DNA of 64,000 nt. It comes from Alphaproteobacteria bacterium (GTDB lineage Bacteria > Pseudomonadota > Alphaproteobacteria > MPNO01). The stretch spans positions 2,560,001-2,624,000 of the forward strand of contig OZ219866.1 of assembly GCA_964291675.2 (NCBI GenBank), written 5' to 3'. Of this stretch, positions 1-8,452 are shown one piece after another; within the stretch, counting starts at the first letter, position 1, and each line of letters begins with the position of its first letter. A model generated the notes under the pieces. It saw only the letters and a list, made by a program, of their open reading frames with translations, did not search any database and was not told the origin of the DNA. A program made the position numbers and the translations under genes.

Positions 1-797
<797 letters not shown>

Positions 798-801
<4 letters not shown>

Positions 802-1763
802 GCCCGATTTTCGCGATACTGGGCGCGACGGCGGCGCTCGTGCTGTGCGGCCTCGGCGTCGTCTTCGCCCTGTCGCGGCGCGGCGACAAGGCGTTCAGGC
901 TGCGGCTCCGGCGCGTGTCCGAGCCGTTGACCGGAAGGCCGCTGGACGGCGGTGCGGCGGTCGACGGCGATATCTTTCGCAGCTCCCAGAACCGCTCCCA
1001 GTCGGGGCGCTTCTGGCAGTTCGTCCAGGCCCGCTATCCGCTGCTCGACCCGAGGCGTTCGGTCCCCCGCGGCATCGGGATCGGCATCGTCGCGGGGGCC
1101 GCCTTCTGGGGCGCGATGATGGTGCTGCAGATCCCGTCGGGCTGGTGGACCGTGCCGCTGGTCGGCATCGCCACGGTCGGCGGCGTGGTCTACGCGATGT
1201 CGTCCTTCCAGATGCGCCAGGTTGCCGAATTCACCCGGCAGTTCCCCGAGACCATCGACCAGATCGTGCGGCTTTCCCGCGCCGGCGTCCCGGCCCTGGA
1301 GGCGATCGCGGCCATCACGGAAGACTCGCAGCCGCCGATCAAGCCGATCCTGAGCAGTCTGTGCGACGGGCTGCTCGGCGGGCTCGACGCGGACACCGCG
1401 CTGCGCACCGCCGCCGCGCGCGTCCGTCTCGCCGAGTTCACCCTGTTCACCTCCGTCATCCGCCTGCAGCGGCGCTCGGGCGGCAGCATCTCCGCCGCGT
1501 TCGCCAACCTGTCCCAGACCCTGCGCGAACGCCGCAGCATCGCCTTGAAGGCGCGCGCCTCCACCGCGCAGACCCGGCTTACCTTGCTGGTGCTGTCCGT
1601 GATGCCGGTGCTGGTCCTGATCGGCCAGAAGTTCGTCGCGCCGAAATCGATCGAAATGCTGTTCGGCACCGAGCAAGGGACAAGCCTGCTCCACTGGGGG
1701 GTCGGTTTGATCGTCATGGGCCTGCTGACCGCGAAGTTCATCGCCTCGCGGGTGGAGAAGTAA
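798..1763 (+). CDS. tadB: Tad pilus inner-membrane platform protein TadB (T2SS F family)
   Basis: TTG start overlapping cpaF stop; TM segments; QFPETIDQIVRLSRAG and LQRRSGG..AFANLSQTLRER; position after cpaF. Confidence 0.88.
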
Positions 1764-1779
1764 GGGGAGAGCAACGCAG

Positions 1780-2748
1780 ATGTTGACGGGAACGCTTCCG
1801 CTGACCGGAGCCATCGCGGCCGGCATCACGATTCTGGCCCTCGCGCCGCTCATATTCCGCGAGATGCGGCGGGCGCGCACTGTCGACCGGCGGCTGGCCA
1901 GCGTGCGCGGCCAGGCGGCGGCGACGGCGCCGGCGCCGGAGACCTTCGACCGGCGCGACAGGAGGTCGGCTTTCCGGGTGTTCGGGCTCGCGCTGCTGCG
2001 CTGCCTCTCGATGGTCGTGCCGGTGGGCGCCGCGGAGCGCGAGAAGCTCGCCGTGATGCTGCGCAAGGCGGGCTTCGCCCGGCAGGAAGCGCTGTCGGTG
2101 TTCCTGTCCGTCAAGCTCGCGGTCGCGCTCGCGCTGGCCGCCGCCCTCGCCCTGGTGGTCGCCGGCATAGAGTCGCTGGGCCAGGAGGCTTACGCCATCG
2201 GATTGGGCGCCCTGGTGGGCTTTATCGTCGGCGGGATGTTCCCCGAATACGGCCTCCGCGCCATCATCAGCCGTCGGCTGGGCGCCATGCAGTCCGCTCT
2301 TCCCGACGCCCTCGACATGATGGTGATGTGCCTCGAGACCGGTCTGACCGTGGAGCGCGGCATCATAACCGTCGCCGAGGAGCTGATGCCGATCGAGCCC
2401 AACCTGGCCAAGGAATTCCGCCAGATCGAGGCCGAGATCCGTCTCGGCTCCGACCGGCGGGCCGTGCTCGAGGAGTACTACCAGAGAACCGATATCGACG
2501 GGCTCGGCGATTTCGCGATGGCCCTCATCCAGAGCGATCGCTACGGCACGCCGCTCTCCCAGTCCATGAAGAGCATCGCCAGCGACGCACGTCTGCAAAA
2601 GGCGGCGCGGGTCGCCGCCCAGGCGGAGCGCCTTCCGGTGCTGATGACCCTGCCGATGCTGATATTCGTGGTGCCCGGCACGATGCTTCTGGTCGCCGGC
2701 CCCGCCTTCCTCACCGCGATGTCGTCGCTCAAGAGTTTTGCCGGATAG
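1780..2748 (+). CDS. tadC: Tad pilus protein TadC (T2SS F family)
   Basis: LPDALDMMVMCLETGL, LIQSDRYGTPL, AERLPVLMTLPML; GGGGAG RBS upstream. Confidence 0.9.
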   Translation: MLTGTLPLTGAIAAGITILALAPLIFREMRRARTVDRRLASVRGQAAATAPAPETFDRRDRRSAFRVFGLALLRCLSMVVPVGAAEREKLAVMLRKAGFARQEALSVFLSVKLAVALALAAALALVVAGIESLGQEAYAIGLGALVGFIVGGMFPEYGLRAIISRRLGAMQSALPDALDMMVMCLETGLTVERGIITVAEELMPIEPNLAKEFRQIEAEIRLGSDRRAVLEEYYQRTDIDGLGDFAMALIQSDRYGTPLSQSMKSIASDARLQKAARVAAQAERLPVLMTLPMLIFVVPGTMLLVAGPAFLTAMSSLKSFAG

Positions 2749-2749
2749 C

Positions 2750-3736
2750 ATGACCGCAACCCTCTCCCCGTACCGCCGCCGGGCCGCGTCGTCCGCGCTG
2801 CTGTGGGTGGCCGTCGGCGCGCTCCTGGTCCTTGCGGCCGGCGTCGAGGCCGAAGAGCCCATTCTGCCGATACCCAGGCAGGTCGATGTCGATCCCGCCA
2901 AGGCGGCGCTGGGCCGAGACCTGTTTCACGACCCCATCCTGTCGAAGGACGACACGATTTCCTGCGCGAGCTGCCACGACCTGGCAAGCGGCGGCGATGA
3001 CGGCCGCAGGGTCTCGGTCGGAGTCGACGACAAGCCCGGCGTGGTCAACGCGCCGACCGTGTTCAACGTCGCCATGAACTTCAAGCAATTCTGGGACGGC
3101 CGGGCGGATACGCTCGAGGACCAGATCGACGGTCCCGTGCAATCCCCTTTCGAGATGGGCAGCGTGTGGCCCGAGGTCGTCGCCAAGCTCTACAGGGCCG
3201 ACGGATACCGCATGCGATTCGAGGAGCTCTATCCCGACGGTATCAATCGCAAGAACATCAAGAACGCGATCGTCGAGTTCATGACCACCCTGTCCACGCC
3301 GAACAGCCGCTTCGACCGGTGGCTGGAAGGCGACAAGACGGCGCTGAACGCCCACGAGCTGCGCGGATACGAGCTGTTCAAGGATTACGGCTGCGCTTCG
3401 TGCCATCAGGGCGCCAATGTCGGGGGCAACATGTTCCAGGTCTTCGGCGTGCTGAACGACTATTTCAAGAAGCGCGGCGACATCACCGAGGCCGATCTCG
3501 GCCGCTACGCGATAACCGGGAACGATGAGGACCGGCACGCATTCAAGGTGCCGAGCCTGCGTCTGGCCGCCTTGACCGCGCCCTATCTGCACGACGGATC
3601 CGCCGCCACCCTGCGGGACGCCGTCGACGCCATGTTCGAGTTTCAGCTGGGGAGGGAGGCGCCCGACCAGGACAAGGAAGCGATCGTGGCGTTCATCAAG
3701 ACGCTGGTGGGCGAATCCAAGGAGCTATCACCATGA
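2750..3736 (+). CDS. Di-heme cytochrome c peroxidase (CCP/MauG family), exported
   Basis: Signal peptide; two CASCH heme motifs; LGRDLFHDPILS, QFWDGRA, FKVPSLR, PYLHDG. Confidence 0.92.
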   Translation: MTATLSPYRRRAASSALLWVAVGALLVLAAGVEAEEPILPIPRQVDVDPAKAALGRDLFHDPILSKDDTISCASCHDLASGGDDGRRVSVGVDDKPGVVNAPTVFNVAMNFKQFWDGRADTLEDQIDGPVQSPFEMGSVWPEVVAKLYRADGYRMRFEELYPDGINRKNIKNAIVEFMTTLSTPNSRFDRWLEGDKTALNAHELRGYELFKDYGCASCHQGANVGGNMFQVFGVLNDYFKKRGDITEADLGRYAITGNDEDRHAFKVPSLRLAALTAPYLHDGSAATLRDAVDAMFEFQLGREAPDQDKEAIVAFIKTLVGESKELSP

Positions 3737-5484
3737 GATCCGGCTCGGTCATCCTCGGCGTCTCGGTCTCCGCTGTCCTGCTGGCCGCGGCTGCCTATCT
3801 GTACCTGTTTGCCCATGACGGCAGCAGCCGGCACTACCGCAAGTCGATCGATCTCGTCCGGCAGATGCAGGTCCTGTCCACCGGGTGGAGCATGGAGGTC
3901 ACCCGCGTCAGGGCCGACGCGCTCGCCGACTTCGACTCGCTGGCCGGCTTCATCCCCCGGGTGGCGCGGTTGAAGGTGAGACTCGCCCAAAGGGCCCAGC
4001 GCATACCCGACCTGCCCGATCGCATCGCCGGGGAAATCAACGCCTTCATCAGTGCCATCGAAGCGCAGGAAGAGCGCATCGAGCGGTTCAAGACCGGCTA
4101 TGCCGTGGTGCGGAATTCCAGGCGCTATCTTCCGCTTGCCGCCGCCAGCGTGTCGCGGCAGGCCGCGTCGTCCGGCAACGCCCGTCTGGTCGAGGCCGTT
4201 CCGCCCCTGGTGCGCGATGTGAACCTGTATGTCGCGACACCGACCCTGACGGCCAAGAACCGCCTGAAGGTCGAGATCGACGAGCTCCGCAAGACGAACG
4301 TCCGCTATCCGCCGCCATTGGCCAACGCGCTGGGAAACCTGTTGGACCACGCGGAGGTGCTGGTCGACAGGCAGCGGCGGACCGAGGAGCTCTTCGCGGA
4401 GGCCACGTCCGACGAGCTCTCCCGGTTCGCCGACCAGCTGACCGTCAATCTCGAATTCGAGCTCGGAAGGGCAGCGGTCCAGGCCAGGTACTACGATCAC
4501 GGAATCGTGGCCCTGTTCGGCGCGCTCGCCCTGTTCTGGATCGCGTTTGCGCTGCTCTACCAGCTCCGCGGCCGCCGCAAGGCTGTCCAGACCGACCCGG
4601 CGCAAGGGGTCGCCGGCGAGGCCGATGCCTTGGCCGCGCCCCAGCCGCAGCCGGTGGCCCGCTTCGCGCCGGACCGCTCGCGGCTCGACGCGGCGGCGCC
4701 GGTCGCGCGGCAACCGGTCGGCCTTCCGGCGCCCAAGGACCCCGGCTCCGTGCTGCAGAACGGGTTCGTCGTGAAATGCGTCGCCGGCATCCTCGCCTCC
4801 TCGGCCGAAGAGATCGACGACCGCATGGAATTCCTGCAAAAGACGCACGAGCGAATCCGCCACGCCCTGCACCACGGCGATCTGCCTCCCGATCTGACGG
4901 CGGAAGCCGGCCTGGACGAGGAGTTCGCCGCGATTCCCGCCATAGCTTCCAGCGTGCGGCAAAGGTTGACCGGCATCGCCAGTCTCGCGAAACGCCTGGA
5001 TGTGTTCTCGGACACGCAGGCCAACCATGTCGACCGGGCGATGATCGACGTCAACGCCTGCATCGAGGGCGTGATCGCAGCGGCCGGCTCGGCGTCCAAC
5101 GCGACATTCATCACGAACCTCGGCGAAGTTCCCCGGATACTGGCCTGCCAATCCGACCTGCAGATGCTGGTCGCGGAGCTCGTCGAGAACTCGTTGGCCG
5201 CCGTGCAGGGCCAGGCGGACAAGAAGGGCATCGTCAAGATCGACACCGCCCGCAAGGACGGAGAGGTCATGATCACCGTCATCGACAACGGTGTGGGCAT
5301 CTCCGCCGACCGGCAGAGAAGCATATTCAAGCCGTTCTACACCTCCCGGGAGGGCGCCCTCGGCATCGGCCTGCCGCTGGCCGGCCATCTCGTCGGAAAG
5401 TACCGGGGAACCATCAAGGTGAATTCGCTTCCGGGCCAGGGTACCGTGGCCCGTATCAGCCTGCCCGCCGGGACGGCACGATGA
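3733..5484 (+). CDS. Membrane sensor with DAHL-like periplasmic domain and C-terminal HATPase_c (atypical histidine kinase)
   Basis: Two TMs flanking a helical domain (WSMEVTRVRADALADFDSL); DNGVGI, IFKPFYTSR, GALGIGL boxes; no canonical H-box His; ATGA overlap with upstream gene. Confidence 0.75.
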   Translation: MRSGSVILGVSVSAVLLAAAAYLYLFAHDGSSRHYRKSIDLVRQMQVLSTGWSMEVTRVRADALADFDSLAGFIPRVARLKVRLAQRAQRIPDLPDRIAGEINAFISAIEAQEERIERFKTGYAVVRNSRRYLPLAAASVSRQAASSGNARLVEAVPPLVRDVNLYVATPTLTAKNRLKVEIDELRKTNVRYPPPLANALGNLLDHAEVLVDRQRRTEELFAEATSDELSRFADQLTVNLEFELGRAAVQARYYDHGIVALFGALALFWIAFALLYQLRGRRKAVQTDPAQGVAGEADALAAPQPQPVARFAPDRSRLDAAAPVARQPVGLPAPKDPGSVLQNGFVVKCVAGILASSAEEIDDRMEFLQKTHERIRHALHHGDLPPDLTAEAGLDEEFAAIPAIASSVRQRLTGIASLAKRLDVFSDTQANHVDRAMIDVNACIEGVIAAAGSASNATFITNLGEVPRILACQSDLQMLVAELVENSLAAVQGQADKKGIVKIDTARKDGEVMITVIDNGVGISADRQRSIFKPFYTSREGALGIGLPLAGHLVGKYRGTIKVNSLPGQGTVARISLPAGTAR

Positions 5485-6800
5485 GGGCCTGGCGGCTCCG
5501 CCGCGCCAGCCTGCGGGCGCAGCTGGTTTCCAACGCCGTGCTCGGCATCGCGGTTCCCGCCGCGCTCGCGGGCGGGGTCGCGCTGTTCCTGTTGACCGAT
5601 CACCTCGCCGTCATCGACGCGGGCCTGGACAGGAGCCGGCAGGCGCTGACCCGGGAAATCGCCCGCTCCGAGCTCGCGGTCCGGGCGAGCGACACCGCGC
5701 GGCAAATCGACACGTTCCTGATCAGCCGAATCCTGGAGGCGAAGCTCTGGGCGTCGTCCCCCATCGTCATCGATGCCGCGCGCTCGGCCGCTCGCAAGCA
5801 CCGGGCCGAAGGGCTGACGAACGCGGCCATCGCGGATGTCGAGCGCCGGTTTCCGACGCGCAAGACCCTGGGGCTCTGGCCGCGGGCGGACTCCCATCTG
5901 CGTCAACAGGTCGCGGAGTCGCCGTATTTCGCTGAGATATTCTTCACCGACCGCAACGGATTCAACGTGGCAATGACCAACCGGACGAGCGATTTCGTGC
6001 AATCCGACGAGAGCTGGTGGAAGAGCGCCTGGGCGCATGGCGCGTCGGTCGGCGAGCTCCGGTACGACGAATCCGCCGGCGTCTGGTCGGTCGACATTTC
6101 GCTCCGTATCGACTCTTCGGACGGCCAAACTCCGCTGGGCGTCATGAAGATGGTTCTGGCGATCGAGGCGGTCCAGAAGATCGCCGATCTCGCCGCGGGA
6201 GACGTTTCCGCCGGCCGGGTCGTGGTGGCCAGCGGTCTCGGCGCGCTGATCGCCGAGACCGCCTCCGGCCACGATCCGCAGCGAATCATGAGCCGCGACA
6301 TCGACTTGCGGGAGCAGGGCGAGCCGTCCACGCGGGCCGGCTTCGACGGAGACCGGACCGGATTCGCGGTCGGCGAGAACTGGTTGACGGGCTACTCCCG
6401 GACCGGCGGGCACGAGGTCTACGCCCGGACGGTCGGCGGGTTCTCCGGCCTCGAGTGGATCGTCATCGTGCAAAAGCCGGTGGCTGCGATCCATGAGCCG
6501 ATCGCGGCGCTGCGCAGTATCGAGGACGCGCTGCGCGACTGGCGCCTGATACTCGCCGTCGCGTTCGGCGCCACGATCGTCCTCTGCACGGGCATGGCCA
6601 TCGTGCTTTCCGTCGCCTCCGCGCGCCGATACGCATCGGCGCTCGCCGCGATAAGCGAGATGGCCGATCGCGCGGCGCGGGGTGCGCCCGCAAGCTGGCC
6701 CGTCATCGAGGACCCCGAGGAAATCGTTCGCGTGAACGACGCGGTTCGCCGGCTGAGCGAGCCGCGCGACCCGTTTCCGTTACCCGGCGATGCACGCTAG
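5481..6800 (+). CDS. Cache-domain membrane sensor with short HAMP-like tail and no output domain
   Basis: ATG at 5481 (ATGA overlap); TM-periplasmic domain (EIFFTDRNG, SDFVQSDESWW, YDESAGVW)-TM; ends about 60 aa after the second TM. Confidence 0.7.
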   Translation: MRAWRLRRASLRAQLVSNAVLGIAVPAALAGGVALFLLTDHLAVIDAGLDRSRQALTREIARSELAVRASDTARQIDTFLISRILEAKLWASSPIVIDAARSAARKHRAEGLTNAAIADVERRFPTRKTLGLWPRADSHLRQQVAESPYFAEIFFTDRNGFNVAMTNRTSDFVQSDESWWKSAWAHGASVGELRYDESAGVWSVDISLRIDSSDGQTPLGVMKMVLAIEAVQKIADLAAGDVSAGRVVVASGLGALIAETASGHDPQRIMSRDIDLREQGEPSTRAGFDGDRTGFAVGENWLTGYSRTGGHEVYARTVGGFSGLEWIVIVQKPVAAIHEPIAALRSIEDALRDWRLILAVAFGATIVLCTGMAIVLSVASARRYASALAAISEMADRAARGAPASWPVIEDPEEIVRVNDAVRRLSEPRDPFPLPGDAR

Positions 6801-6860
6801 GCCGCGGGCGCGCCTGGGCGCAGCGGTCGGCTCGAACCTGACGCGTAGGAGACTGAGTGG

Positions 6861-7352
6861 ATGGTAGGCGCCGGTTCGTCGGTGGTGTGGCTGGTGGAGT
6901 GGGGTGCATGCGCGTTGTTCATCGCCGGGGCGATAACCGACCTGCGTTGGCGCCGGGTGCCCAACACGATTCCCGCCCTTCTGATCGGGCTCTTCGCGCT
7001 GCACGCGGCGATCGGCCAGATCCGCCCGCCGGGCGCGTTGTGGACGCATCTGGCGATCGGCCTGATCCTGCTCTGCGCCGGGTTCGCGCTGTACTTGACC
7101 GGACGGTTCGGTGCGGGCGACGCCAAGCTGATCGCGGTCGCCGGGCTGTGGGTCGGACCGGCCGATCTCAGCTTCTTCCTGTTCGGCATCGCCCTGGGCG
7201 CTTTCACTCTCTGCGCGTTCGCCATGCTGCCGATGCCCGTGGCGCGGCGCTGGCGGTCGGCGTTGCCCTTCGCGGTGGCGATCGTACCGCCGACCGTTGC
7301 CGTGTTGATCCCGCGCACGCTGTCGCAACCTCTTCACTATCCCCTGTCATGA
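6861..7352 (+). CDS. cpaA: Prepilin peptidase CpaA/TadV (A24 family)
   Basis: AITDLRWRRVPN, FGAGDAKLI, LPFAVAI; hydrophobic; Tad context. Confidence 0.9.
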   Translation: MVGAGSSVVWLVEWGACALFIAGAITDLRWRRVPNTIPALLIGLFALHAAIGQIRPPGALWTHLAIGLILLCAGFALYLTGRFGAGDAKLIAVAGLWVGPADLSFFLFGIALGAFTLCAFAMLPMPVARRWRSALPFAVAIVPPTVAVLIPRTLSQPLHYPLS

Positions 7353-7432
7353 CCCCTGGTTCCCGTGCCCATTCCGCCGGCCACGCCCGTCAGGGCGCCG
7401 AAGCTTCGCGGTAAACCCGGAGAAACCATCCG

Positions 7433-8392
7433 ATGCACAGATACCGAAACCTGATCTTCCTGGGGCTGCTGGCCGCGATCCCGTTGATCGGCGCGATCGT
7501 CCTGGCCAACGTCTTCCTGTCGGGGGAGGAGGCCGGCCCGGTCCGCTCGGCGCGGCAGCCCCAGCAACAACCGGCGCCCAAGGCGCCGATTACCCGCAAG
7601 GTCGTCGTGGCCGACCGCAACCTGCCGGTGGGCACGCTGCTCGGGGACGGGGATCTGGGCACGCTGGACATGGAGCAGGGCAAGATTCGGCGCGGCCACA
7701 TCGTGCTGGACGGCGCCAGGACCGTCGATGCGTTACGCGGCTATGCCATGCGCCAGCCGCTGTCGCCCGGGGCCCCGCTGACCTGGTCGGCGATCGTCGG
7801 CCCGGGGCAGCGCGGGTTTCTCGCCGCGGCGTTGCGGCCGGGCACGAGGGCGGTGACGATCCAGCTCGGCAAGGGCACGCGCCATGCCGGGCTGGTCGAT
7901 CCGGGCGACCGGGTGGATGTGATCCTGACCGCGAGGCTGCGGCTCCCCGACGGCACCAAGACCGTGTTCACGCGCACCATCATGGAGGATGTGCGCGTGG
8001 TCGCGGTCGACCGCCGGGTCGAAAACGCCGACGCGCCGAAGAAGAAGGGCGAGAGACTCAAGCGCACCGAGATCATCACCGCCACCCTGGAGGTGGCCCC
8101 CGCCCAGGCCGGTCGCCTGGCGCTCGGCGCGCACGAGGGCACGCTCTCCGTCGCGGTGCGCTCGCTCGCCTCGGCCCCGCGGCACGGCGGCAACAGGGCC
8201 GTCGATCTGGAACAGTTGATGGCCTCGCCCGAGGACCAGGGAGAGGCGGTGGTCGCGAGCAGCGGGCCGGGGGTGGGAGGGGGCAGTCTGGAGCCGTGGA
8301 AGAAGGTTCGCGTGTTCCGCGGAGACAAGGTGAGCGTGGAAAAGTTCGCCGATCCGTCGCGCAGCGGGGATAGCGAGGTCCTCGGGCAGTAG
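7433..8392 (+). CDS. cpaB: Flp pilus assembly protein CpaB/RcpC
   Basis: N-terminal TM; SAF-like VVVADRNLPVG; LRPGTRAVTI, GLVDPGDRVDVILT, EDVRVVAVD. Confidence 0.92.
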   Translation: MHRYRNLIFLGLLAAIPLIGAIVLANVFLSGEEAGPVRSARQPQQQPAPKAPITRKVVVADRNLPVGTLLGDGDLGTLDMEQGKIRRGHIVLDGARTVDALRGYAMRQPLSPGAPLTWSAIVGPGQRGFLAAALRPGTRAVTIQLGKGTRHAGLVDPGDRVDVILTARLRLPDGTKTVFTRTIMEDVRVVAVDRRVENADAPKKKGERLKRTEIITATLEVAPAQAGRLALGAHEGTLSVAVRSLASAPRHGGNRAVDLEQLMASPEDQGEAVVASSGPGVGGGSLEPWKKVRVFRGDKVSVEKFADPSRSGDSEVLGQ

Positions 8393-8452
8393 CCTAATCG
8401 TTCGCGGCCGGGACGGCGTGTCGGACCTGGCGCCGGCACCGGTCGAAAGGAG

